The notes under the pieces were generated by a model that searched no databases, was not told the origin of the DNA, and was given only the letters and a program-made list of their open reading frames with translations. 64,000 nucleotides of DNA from Macrostomum lignano (Eukaryota), in assembly GCA_002269645.1 (NCBI GenBank), contig NIVC01000352.1:1-64000 (forward strand). Direction: 5' to 3'. This document shows, one piece after another, positions 10,440-21,790 of the stretch. Both the position numbers and the translations under genes were made by a program. Within the stretch, counting starts at the first letter, position 1. Each line of letters starts with the position of its first letter.

Positions 10440-10705
10440 CAGCAAGCACCCCCCTCCAAAAGTAAACAACCGCAGATAGCAAGCATCCTCTAATGCTCAT
10501 AGCAAGCATCACCCCAGATAGCAAGCATCTGCAGATAGCAAGCATCACCCCAGATAGCAAGCATCTGCAGATAGCAAGAATTCCTAAATAGCAAGCATCC
10601 CTGGATAGAAAGAATCCCATACATGTAGCCAGAACCCCCCCCCCCCCCCCAAATAGCAAGTATCCCCCCTCGAGAGCAAGCATCCTCCAGATAGCAAGCA
10701 TACGC
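10440..10705. repeat. Degenerate array of AGATAGCAAGCATC units
   Basis: Roughly ten imperfect copies with a poly-C run. Confidence 0.8.
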
Positions 10706-12659
10706 GAGACAGCAAGTAGCTAGTTCAAATGTTACCTCCGCTAATGCAATAATCGCTTTCTCAGGTTGTGCAACAATCCACGTCTCAGTGAGCGCAATAT
10801 AGTATATATCTTTTACAGGTTTGCGAGTGTAAACTATTTTTTTTCAGTAAGCAAACTTATATTTTATAGTTTTAAAGGTATTACTTTGAACAAAATAAGC
10901 CCTGACGATAGCTACTTTTTTATTTTGCTATACCGAGAGTAAAACTTCAAACGAGAAAAATTCCACGAAACCACACTGCAACCCTCTTGTGTGTGTGCAG
11001 TGGTGGATTTCTCAAGTCGTTCATTAATTGTTTGTTTCAAGTGAATTTTGTTCTATACTGTTTGTACACTTAATCGAAAAATTCATGATCTCGGAATATT
11101 ACACATTGAAGTTTATATTATGCTATTTTTTATAAACATAAATTTTGTGTGCCTGTGTTACAATTTATAGGATAGGCCCTACAGAAAGAAGAAAAAATAG
11201 TTGGCCAATGAGTAGGCCTATTACATTACATATAGATATAGGCTTAATCAATCAATCGGATAGATATTCACTTTGATTTCATTTAATACTAATAGATCTA
11301 ACAAGTTTGCAAGTAATCTTTTCTTGATTATTTCTTCATTGCTTAAGTCACTTTTGTAGCATCATTTCTTTCTTTGATTTAGCCAGCAGTCAGCATACTC
11401 TAGTAGTAGTAGTCTAGTTAGTACTGTAGGCCTTCTTTTGCTTTTTGTATATTGTTTATTACCACTTAGCTAAAGCCAATTTTTGATGCTATTATACATC
11501 TTGCTTCTTTTCACTTCCTCTTCCTCTTCTAAACTTATTTAAATTCTTGTCTACTAATTAGTTTACTTTACTTTGAGCTTTGAAGCCATGGGCAATGCAA
11601 TGGCAATCAATTTTATCTCAATTGCAATAATTTTGCCTAGGCCCCTTTGGCTAAACTAGGCCTAGCTTTAAATTAATCTAGATATTTATTATTAGCAAGG
11701 AGGCAAGAGCTAGGCCTAAGTAATCTTAGATTGCTTGTTCTATTATTTTTTTAATTAACAATCTGTATTGACATGAGGAATATAGCAATAATAAGCTTCA
11801 TATTCTAAAGGGACCTAACTTCAATAGAATTAGGGCCTAGGATAAGTAGCAGTGGGTTGGCTAGGTTCTACTCGAAGTTCTTAGGCCTAGTTGTTCTAAA
11901 TTATAATCAATTTAGTAATAAGAAGACATTTTAGTAACAGTCATTTCAAATACAAAAAAAGTCATTTTGATGACAAAAATGATCCTTTGATGACTGCTAT
12001 TGTGGTTTCAAGTAAAAAATTATCTTGTATTTGAAACCTAAAAGTTTAGAGGTTTGCTATAATGGTAAAGTGTTGTTTCATTTAATCTTGTTTATTTACT
12101 ATTAACAAAGTTGCAATCTTCCATAATAGGCCTTATCTGCCATAAGACTTGCACTGTTCAATAAAAAACTTTCTTGTGACGGTATATGTGTTCTGTCTAA
12201 GAAATTGGTCAATGCTAAAGGGATTAAATATTCAAAAAACATGCTTTTTTGCAAAGGTCAAGCAAACTTTTCAATTTGAAATGCATTGTAAGAATGCTAG
12301 GGAAAAAACTGACTGATTGAATTCTGATTCTGAAATATATTGCATTACATAGGCTTTTTATTTATCATCTGTGTACTGGCTGAATTTGACATTGAATTCA
12401 ATTGCATCACAGTGTTGAAAACATAGTGTGAAAGCATATAGCACTAGACTTGATTTAGACTGATACTGACTTGCCTGAGAAATTGATTATGTCATAACTG
12501 CTTTGTGAGTGAGTGTTGAATTATATAAGTGCTATAATTTCATTTATAAATGCGATAAGAGCTAGCCTAGATTTGAACAGACTGGACTGCTAATGCAGCA
12601 ACCTGGGTTCAAATCTTAGTAGTGAAAAATTTTTCATTGAAAGCTTTTATTAAAGGACT

Positions 12660-12954
12660 AATAAAGGACTAAAGGCGTCATGTAAAAACTCATAAAAGTG
12701 TTATGTAAAAATTATAGAAGCGTCATGTAAACAATCATATAAGCATCATGTAAAAATCATAGAAGCGTCATGTAAAAATCATAGAAGCGTCATGTAAACA
12801 ATCATAGAAGCGTCATGTAAAAAATCATAGCTGAACTGAACCAAGGCAGAGTTAAGGTCTTGCTCAATACACAAATTGTTCCTAGTGGGATCGGGAATCG
12901 AACCCCCGACCTTCCAGTCGTAAGTCCGACGCTCTAACCACTAGGCTGCAACCC
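12660..12954 (-). mobile_element. tRNA-derived SINE with tandem-repeat tail
   Basis: Minus strand: tRNA-like head 12954-12886 (A box AGCCTAGTGG, TAC in anticodon position, B box GGTTCGATTCC), body GTGTATTGAGCAAGACCTTAAC (related motif GTGTCCTTGAACAAGGCACTTGAC at 21493-21516), then about 22-bp tandem tail (ATGACGCTTCTATGATTTTTAC)n. Confidence 0.7.
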
Positions 12955-12960
12955 CTTATT

Positions 12961-14558
12961 ATGGTGTGTAATTGCCATAAACTTCTGCAGCAGCCAGCCG
13001 CAGTGCCAGCCAGCCTGCCAGATGGCACCGGATCCGCCATCAGCCGCAAAGGCAGGCAGGTGCAGCTGCGCCCACTGCTTACCGAGCCAGAGGCGGAAGC
13101 TTGCCGGGATATTGGCCTGCTGCCATTCACCTGGACTATCGATAGAGTTGCTCACCGAATCAGCAGCAGCCCGCCTGTGCTGGCTGTTGCCGGGCTCGCC
13201 GCGGCCGTCACAGCCTGGCTGATGATCCGTCGCTACCAGTTGAGCTCCTGGCGGCAGCTGTGGCCGGCGGCTTGTCCGCTGCTGCTGCCGCCGGCGCTGC
13301 GCGGCCTGTTGTGGCTGGATTGTTCGCGCAAGCACACGTGGGTGCTGCCGGACTATCGGCAGTTCGGCCGCTATTGGACCGCACCGCCGAATCGAATTTA
13401 TGGGGCATTTTTCAACTCTGCCGCTGCGCTGGCCAGCCGCAGTGCAAACACTGAGGACAAGTGAGTGAATGCTTCTATGCGAACTTTAATAAATTGCATG
13501 TCTTTACTATTTTCCAATCCGATATGTTTGCACTTAGTAGGCCCGTATGTTTCCCGAGCTGTATAGTGAAATTTAGCAAAAAGTGTCATTTTGTTTAAGT
13601 TCAGCTCTCTATTGAATAACGTAACATTCCTACTGCCTACCAAAAGTAGATAAAAATTAAAATTCATACTGTCTACTATCAGTAGATGAAACTTAAAATT
13701 CCTACTGCCTACTAACAGTAGATGAAAAGTTTCTACTGCCTACTAACAGTAGATGAAAAGTTTCTACTGCCTACTAACAGTAGATGATGCCTAATAACAG
13801 TAGATTAAAAATGTAATTCTTACTGCCTACTAACAGTACATGAAAATTAAAATTCGTATACTGAATACTAACAAAAGATGAAAAAGTAAAATTCCTACTG
13901 CCTACTAACAGTATATTAAAATAGAAATTCCTACTGCTTAGATAAAAATTAAAATTCGTACCGTCTACAAACAGTAGAAAAAAGAATTATAACTGCCTAC
14001 TAGCAGTAGTTAAAAATTATGAGCCTCACTGTCTAGTCTACTAACAGTAGGTATAAAATACGCTTTTTAATTAAAATTTTTCTGTCATTTAATCAAGTCA
14101 TTTAATTCTGTTAATTCTGTCATTTAATTCTGTCAAGTAAGTCAGAGAGAGTCACTATTACATATTTTAGCTACAGAATGCCTTCTGATATAGTAAGTGC
14201 AATAAATTGACTTTCCAGTTTCAACTTGCTCGTCGGTACAGCCGCTTGCCTGCACTTAGACGACAGCGCCTGCGAGCTGCAGCGAGTCGGCGTCCCGGCC
14301 GAGTTTCGCGGCGAAGGCATCGGCGAGATTATCTGCCGGCACGCTATGCTGCAGTCGCGCCGGCTTGGCTACAGTCGGATGCAGCTGCACGTGAGCTCCG
14401 ACCAGCCGCGAGCCATTCGAATCTACGAATCGTTAGGCTTTAAGTTGAAGGAACGAAAGCCGATCCGAGAGCTGGGGTTGTTAATCACTGAGCAGCGATT
14501 GTACGAGATCGACTTGGCTTGCTTGGACCCTGTGAAGTTGGCTGGGGGTTTGGATTGA
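12961..14558 (+). CDS. GNAT-family N-acetyltransferase, NAT8/camello-like
   Basis: Exons about 12961-13460 (GTGAGT donor, phase 2) and 14219-14558 (TTCCAG acceptor) join in frame; acetyl-CoA motif A VPAEFRGEGIG, C-terminal AIRIYESLGF, hydrophobic mid-segment typical of NAT8-like proteins. True start uncertain. Confidence 0.8.
13615..14055. repeat. Degenerate intronic array built on CCTACTGCCTACTAACAGTAG
   Basis: About ten imperfect units inside the NAT8-like intron. Confidence 0.85.
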
Positions 14559-14730
14559 ATTTTGAGCGATTTTAGCTTAGTTATAATTGCGCGTTGTAAT
14601 AAATCAGATTTCTGTTGTTTTTGGACTAAAGAAATGGAAATCCCTGGAAAAAATTGCTTTGCTAACGAAGCCTCTATCCAACCCTCGGGTCCTTTGAAGC
14701 TTCATCTCACCTCCCTCCTCTCGGCTCACC

Positions 14731-14775
14731 TTTCTCTCTCTCTTTCTCTTTCTCTCTCTCTCTCTCTCTCTGTTT

Positions 14776-14839
<64 letters not shown>

Positions 14840-14843
14840 GTTT

Positions 14844-14914
<71 letters not shown>

Positions 14915-14945
14915 TCTCTTTCTCTCTCTCTCTCTCTCTCTCTGT

Positions 14946-15039
<94 letters not shown>

Positions 15040-15050
15040 CTCTTTCTCTT

Positions 15051-15083
<33 letters not shown>

Positions 15084-15113
15084 TTCTCTTTCTCTCTTTC
15101 TTTCTCTCTCTCT

Positions 15114-15154
<41 letters not shown>

Positions 15155-15170
15155 TTTCTCTCTTTCTCTA
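14731..15170. repeat. (CT)n/(CTTT)n microsatellite, about 440 bp
   Basis: Direct. Confidence 0.97.
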
Positions 15171-16268
15171 TCTATTCCCCCCTTCCCCTTTGCAGCACTG
15201 TGACCAATCTACAATAACGGCTGCACAAATTGCATGTTAGTTGTCTGATTGCCCAACTTATCATAAAACAGCTTACGAATTCTTCTTTGCTACTGAAATT
15301 AGAGAAACTGTTTTACTTAGAGAAGACTATGTACCAAAGTTCGGCTGCAGTTCAGGCCTTAGAGACAAGACGATACAGAATATAAAGTACGTCCCAAAAG
15401 TCTACATTTTCAACTGACTGGTCTCCAGGCTAGCGTTTGTGGTGGAATTTTTAGATAAATATACATTGAATGGCTCTTTAACACATTAAAAGGCTGCTGA
15501 TTAATTATTTTAGATTTTAATAATCAAAAAAGCTGCTTTCAGTTGCATTAATTTATTTACTTATGCGTTTATTTATATTTTCAAATGAATATCCTGGTAC
15601 GAGTGCCAAGGATCACTGTTTTACAAGGACTACAGTGGTCCTTGACGAGTGCACTTTAATATCTTAATTAGACGGTTTTAGTATAGGTCACTAGAATAAC
15701 TAGATATGTAACTAGAATCTCCTACGCAAACTGAATGTTGGAGCTTGTTGCTTTTTATGCTAAAATGAAACCTCTCAGTTGCATTCTAGCCTATGTCATT
15801 TCGTATGCTAGAATTTCTATTATGTCTCGATCTTCTAGAGCCATTCCGTAGAATATCTTATCCTCTGCAGTAAGGTCTTTCAATTCGAAACTCTAATGCG
15901 ACATTTCCTGTTCAAATTTATCAAATTTTTCACTATCAAAGTTCCAACTGCACTTGAGCAGGAAGTGAACTTCACTTTCTAACCCCACATGGCACTTTGG
16001 GCAGGTCTTATTCTTGTAAGGGATCTTTGTCTCGCAGTCCTCATGGTTTATGGTTTGCTAATCTAAACTGTGGCTGGTTTCAAAACCAAACAAGCATCAT
16101 TTGCGACATTCGCAGTTTATGATTTATGCGCTCATAGAATATATATTGAACAGTCTTAGACTGTTGGTGCTTTATACCAACGTTTATGCGCTTAATTGTA
16201 TGCAAGAGTCGCTGTGAATTCGCGCATTAAACTCTCTCGTTTTTCAGTTTCCGCTAATAATTTTTCAA

Positions 16269-17597
16269 ATGTCGACGTTCGAAATTTGGCCGCTATCAAT
16301 GATCCCGGATAGTCAAGGGAGAATTCTGACAGCGGCGCTGACTGTCGTTGTCGCGTCCGCAGCTGCATTGTGGTTTGTCCCATGCGCGATCCGCTGGGTC
16401 CGCTACCCATTGCCGCCCGGGCCCTGGGGCTACCCGTTGCTGGGCAATCTGCAACTGTTCAGTAAGTCCGGCAGAGATTCCGCCCAGACTGTCACTGACA
16501 GTTTCGCCAGAGAGTTTTGGCGACACGGTTACAATAAAGCTAGGGCCAGCTGAGATGCTGCTTGTGATGAAGCCAGAACTGGTGCTTGGAGGCCTTCTAA
16601 GCAAACAATTAAGCAACTGGAGTTCCGTCGTGTATTCGTTTACTTACGCTACGGAAAATAATAATGACATCTTTGTGGCGCCGAACAGCGAGCGACTGCG
16701 CAACCACCGGAAGTCTTTCATTCTCAGCCTTTCGAGTGTTCGCCCAGGCCGATCGGCTGGAGCAGTTTACTGTAGATTCGTTTGACAGCGTGACAAAATT
16801 CTTTGCCGATCAGGGTCCCGAGCCGAAGGATCTGTATGAGACCATCTACCTGCTCACGTATAATCTGCAGTGTCGCATGGCGTTCAGTAAGGAATGCACT
16901 CCAACTGAGCCAGAGTTTTTAATGCTACGCAAAAACATTGAGAACTTGAACCAAAGCTTCCAGAAGGGTCTTTTGGTTGATCTCCTGCCAATATTGAGGT
17001 TTCTTCCACTGCCAAGTACTCGCGAGTTTACGTCCTGCGTTGACGAACTGATTTCTTGGGGCCAGGAAGCTGGTTGAGGAGCGTCAGAGAAGCTTTAATC
17101 CGAGCGAGCTAAACGACGTTCTGGACTTTCTGATACAAGAGCAGAAACAGGCTGTAAATTATGGACAGGGGTGCGTGCCATCGTAACATCATTTTGTCTT
17201 TTTCCTTTTTCGTGAAATTTTTTTGCTATACAATATACTCTACAGTCACCTGTTCCAAGACGTCCATCTTCGGCAGACCCTGCTCGACATCTTCACCGCT
17301 GGCACTGACACGACCTGTCTGACTCTGTACTGGGTTGTGTGGGCGCTGTGCGACCATCCAGAGATGCAAGCTGCTGCTACGAAGAGATCCAGTCAGTGTT
17401 CGGTGACTCAACTCCTAGACTGTCGGAGCGGCACCTGCTGCCGTATACTGACGCCTTCTTGTACGAGGTGATGCGATTCTGGCCGCTGCTGTCCTTCATT
17501 CCCCGCGAGTGCTACGAGGACTGTCAGCTGGGCAATAACCTGCTTCCGAAGGGTATCCAGGTGATGCTGTCGATCTACCGCTGTCACTACGATCCTA
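16269..17597 (+). pseudogene. Cytochrome P450 (clan 2-like), multiply frameshifted and truncated before PERF and the heme-binding motif
   Basis: Anchor + PPGPWGYPLLGNL, I-helix DIFTAGTDTT, K-helix EVMR; one intron 17171-17245; at least five frame changes (about 16518, 16728, 17065, 17090, 17370); homology stops at HYDPT with no FxxGxRxCxG downstream. Confidence 0.75.
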
Positions 17598-17894
17598 CAT
17601 CCTCAATTTTTTAACATTGATTAGCCAAGCAAAGTACTGATGCTGTATTTTTATACACCAACCTTCTCTTCTTGAGCCTTAATATTCTGAAAGATTTTTT
17701 TCCGATTGATGTTTTCTTTTGACTTATTTGAATTTTTTAATACAGACTTTTAACACTCACCATACTACTTAGCTATTAGACTAGGCATTCGTTTGACTTT
17801 CTTATTTTCCAGGAATGCGCCGTTCTTAGGGGGAAATTGTCTCTTTGATTGACAATTGATTGACAGCTTAGGCTCGGAATTGTTGTTGCAGCAG

Positions 17895-20800
17895 ATGTCG
17901 GCAGCCATTCGCCGGCTTGCCGTCTCTCAGACTGCTGGCAACTCCTGCAGCGGCGGCTACTGGCAGCAGCTCTTGGACGGACTGCGGCGTCGCCTGCTGC
18001 GCGACTCCGGCCGCGGCGCATCCGGCGGAGGTCCGGTCGCCGCGGCCAACTCCGCTCTGCGTCACCTATGCGGCGGCGGCGGTGACCATCTCCAGCGAGT
18101 GCCGACGAGTACCGACCGACCGCCGATCAGTGCTGCCGACTTTGCCGAGCTTCGCCGACTGTTCGACTCGCCTGCAGCTGTCGCCAGCTGGGGCCACCTT
18201 GGCAACGCCTGGCCAGGACTGCTGCTGGAGCGAGCCGGCAGGCCGCTGACGGCGTCCCTGCTAGAGGAGTTGGAGCGGCAGGTCGGACTGGAGGAGCTGG
18301 CGGTGAAGAATCCCGGCCTGCTGGCCAGCATGGCAGAGTCGCGGCTCCGTCTGCTTGGTGTGAGTCCTGCGGCCCGAATAGTTTGTCTCTGTTTGACAAG
18401 TTGAGCTGCCTTCTTTCCTATTGCATTACGCTCATCAAACCGCTGTTTACGAGTCCTTAAAGTTACGATACGAAAAACTTCTCAAGTACGTCGCAACCGC
18501 AGACCTGTTAAGACACTTGAGAGGGCGCAAAAATCCCAAATGGACATTTGCGCTTTCTGGGTCTGGATTACATCGAATTAGTCTCTAATTAGCTTTTAGA
18601 TGAGCAGGGACTGCTCATGCACCTGAAATACTGCTTTTTTCAGCTCGAAATCAAATACGCTTCCTTTACATTACAACCTACTGTATTTAGTTTTGCAATG
18701 AGGTTAGCCATCGGCGTAAGGTTACAGTGCTATTAAATATTTATCATCAAGGATTTTGCATTGGACGAGCAGTCACCGCTCAAACATTCACGGATGCGGG
18801 AAGTCTGTCACGGGACTTTTTAGCCTACATGTACCCGCTTGAAAATGATTGGATGGTGTTGTGCCACCGATTTCAAAATTCTTTCATCCTTCCGAAATAG
18901 TTTTGCAAAATACTTGTTTGTTTACATTGCGTCTTTTCCCAGGACCGAGCTGGCAGCAGGCGCTGTGTGGTCGCTCTGTCCAAGCGCGCTGACCCTGCTG
19001 TCCGCTCCTTGCTGAATGTCCGGATGCTGTCGCTGCTTCGTCAGCTGCCGGATGCTGCCGAATTAACCGCGGTCTGGGGTGAATCCGGCGCTAACACGTC
19101 AGAGGTGCCGGCGGAGTCGTTTGAAGGCAGCGAGCAGCTGTTTGCGTACTTTGAAGCCGCTGGCAGGCAGCGCCGAGACAATGCGGCCAACCCGCTGCTG
19201 CCGCCTCGGCAACCGTGGGATATTGACGAACGTCTGGTGGCCGAAGTTGCCGCTGCGCCCGACAGCTGGGGAGATCTCAGCCAGCTGCTGGTGGAGCCGG
19301 CGTGTCGGCACGGACTGCTGTTCAGCCAGCCGGCTGCCCTGCGACTGGCCCTACTGCTGCTGGATAAGACTCCGGTGAGCACTGGGGATGGAGGGTTTCG
19401 GGTTGGGTGAGCACTCGGGGGCTGGGTGAACACTGGGAATGGAGGGTTTCGGGTTGGGTGAGCACTCGGGGGCTGGGTGAACACTGGGAATGGAAGGTTT
19501 CGGGTTGGGTGAGCACTCGGGGGCTGGGTGAACGCTGGGAATGGAGGGTTTCGGGTTGGGTGAGCACTCGGGGGCTGGGTGAACACTGGGAATGGAAGGT
19601 TTCGGGTTGGGTGAGCACTCGGGGGCTGGGTGAACACTGGGAATGGAGGGTTTCGGGCTGGGTGAGCACTTGGGATGGAGGATTTCGGGCTGGGTGAGCA
19701 CTTGGGATGGAGGATTTCGGGCTGGGTGAGCACTTGGGATGGAGGGTTTCGGGCTGGGTGAGCACTGGGGATGGAGAGTTTCGGGTTGGGTGAGCACTCG
19801 GGGGCTGGGTGAACACTGGGAATGGAAGGTTTCGGGTTGGGTGAGCACTCGGGGGCTGGGTGAACACTGGGAATGGAGGGTTTTGGGCTGGGTGAGCACT
19901 TGGGATGGAGGATTTCGGGCTGGGTGAGCACTTGGGATGGAGGGTTTCGGGCTGGGTGAGCACTGGGGATGGAGGGTTTCGGGTTGGGTGAGCACTCGGG
20001 GGCTGGGTGAACACTGGGAATGGAAGGTTTCGGGTTGGGTGAGCACTCGGGGGCTGGGTGAACACTGGGAATGGAGGGTTTCGGGCTGGGTGAGCACTTG
20101 GGATGGAGGATTTCGGGCTGGGTGAGCACTTGGGATGGAGGGTTTCGGGCTGGGTGAGCACTGGGGATGGAGGATTTCGGGCTGGGTGAGCACTTGGGAT
20201 GGAAGGTTTCGGGTTGGGTGAGCACTCGCGGGGGCTGGGTGAGCACTCGGGATGGAGGGTTTCGGGCTGGGTGAGCACCGAGGTTTAAGATATTCTGATC
20301 AGATGTACGATGAGGACTGATATCGAAAGTTTTTGGCTTTAAAACACGTGATTTCTAAAACTTTTGTCTGTTATAAAAGTGGAATTTTATAATTGTACTT
20401 TTAGTCAAGGACATTGTCCCCTTCCACCGCGTTGGAGGCGACCATGGACCGCCGGTGCGCCTCCTGCGGCCGCTCCCTGTCCGAGGCGTACAGCACTGGC
20501 GCGGCCGACAGCGACCAGCTGGACGCGGCCGGCCTGGCCAGCCGCCTGTTGGAGCTTCGGCAGGCCAGCGGGCAGCCGGTGTGGCGCACCGATCCAGACG
20601 AGGCCGCCGATTTCCGACAGTGGCTGCGCCATAAAACCGCTCGTAATGGACGGCCTGGCGCTGTACTGGACTTGAACAACTTGCTGCTGCATCTGGGCAG
20701 CGGCGGCAGCTCAGGCCGTGCGAAGATCAAGCCGGACTACTCAGCCTGCTTCTCCATCCTGGAAGGCCAGCTGCCGCTGTCCGGTAGGCCGCTCCGCCAC

Positions 20801-21790
20801 CTGGTATTCGTAGGCAAACTGGTCGAATCCAAGCATCTGTTTACTGACGAGTTCTTTCGACAGTTTCGAATGTACTGCAGCCGGGCGCCGGTGCCTGTAT
20901 CTATGTACCTGTTCAAGCGGTCCAAGTGTGATGACCTGTTCTCCCTGTACGCCAGTCTGGTCAGCTGGCCGGGCTGCTATATGATTAGCGACGACCAGTT
21001 CAGGGAGCAGAGAAAACACTTGACTCCGGCTGATAGGTGAGGGGGCTAACTGAGATGCAGATTTTGTATCTTTTTTTTACTTAACACTGGAGCTCTGGGT
21101 AAGCAGTGCAGCGGTGGAGCCCCTGGATTCGATTGGCCAGTTAACCCTAGGCTTACAAATGAATTAATGATTAATAATAACTTAAGCCTGCCCTAATGGG
21201 GCAGATGTGCAACCGACAGCTCAGCCGCAGCTATTGCGCGGCGCATCTGAAGGCTGCGTACGGTTGCTCAGTCCAAGGACTGGGGGTTCGCTACCAGGCG
21301 CGCCGCCAAAAATTTTCTTCGGGGAGAATTGGCCGCCCCTAGGGAGGGAAAAGAGAAATATGCTAGAAAAGCATCCCCCATCCCCCTCCCTACGCCCCTG
21401 GTCGTCACACACCCTTAATTACCCCAGCTAAAGATACCATAAATGGTTAAATGGTAGCCATTTAACAGCTGGGTGAGCTGAACCAATGCAGAGTCAAGTG
21501 CCTTGTTCAAGGACACAAATGGTATCTTCTGTACGCCATATTGCCATCTGTTTGTTTGCAGGCGTGCATTTCAACGTTGGCAAGCAACCTGGCAGGTGGG
21601 CCTGACTAAGCATTCCAGCGAGGCCGGAGGGCCTCACAGATTGTTGTGGCCGCCGGGCTATCCGACGCGATGCCTGACCCACGCTGACGGTGCCGTGCAC
21701 CTGCTGTGCGCTGCTTCGGACGATGTGGCTGATGATCTATCCTTTTGGCCAAGCTTCCGCTGGGTGTGCGTGCCTCTTACTGCTGCCTAA
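17895..21790 (+). CDS. PRORP: Protein-only RNase P catalytic subunit (mitochondrial RNase P protein 3), about 585 aa
   Basis: Exons 17895-18359, 18943-19374, 20405-21036, 21562-21790 join in frame with canonical sites. Zn ligands RCASC ... H ... WVC; NYN motifs AVLDLNN, KCDDLFSLYASL, MISDDQFREQ, FQRWQ; basic/hydroxylated N-terminus compatible with a mitochondrial presequence. Confidence 0.88.
19375..20280. repeat. G-rich minisatellite (26-29 bp units, about 55-bp higher-order unit) filling PRORP intron 2
   Basis: Units GGGTTGGGTGAGCACTCGGG / GGGATGGAGGGTTTC; starts exactly at the splice donor. Confidence 0.95.

Noticed and set aside
12570-12620. Second tRNA-like stretch (GGTTCAAATC)
   Set aside because: Too degenerate to fold as a cloverleaf; no second copy in the window.
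12886-12954. Functional tRNA-Val(TAC)
   Set aside because: A and B boxes are present but acceptor and anticodon stems pair poorly, and it continues into a SINE-type body and tail.
14562-15203. 213-aa Ser/Leu ORF
   Set aside because: Translation of the CT microsatellite.
19041-20278. Pro-rich ORFs of 280-400 aa
   Set aside because: Antisense translations of the G-rich intronic minisatellite.
20295-20350. Hammerhead ribozyme-like core (CGATGAGGAC...TCGAAAGTTTT...AAAAC)
   Set aside because: Lacks the U of CUGA, stem II is incomplete and there is no UH cleavage triplet after stem III; likely chance.
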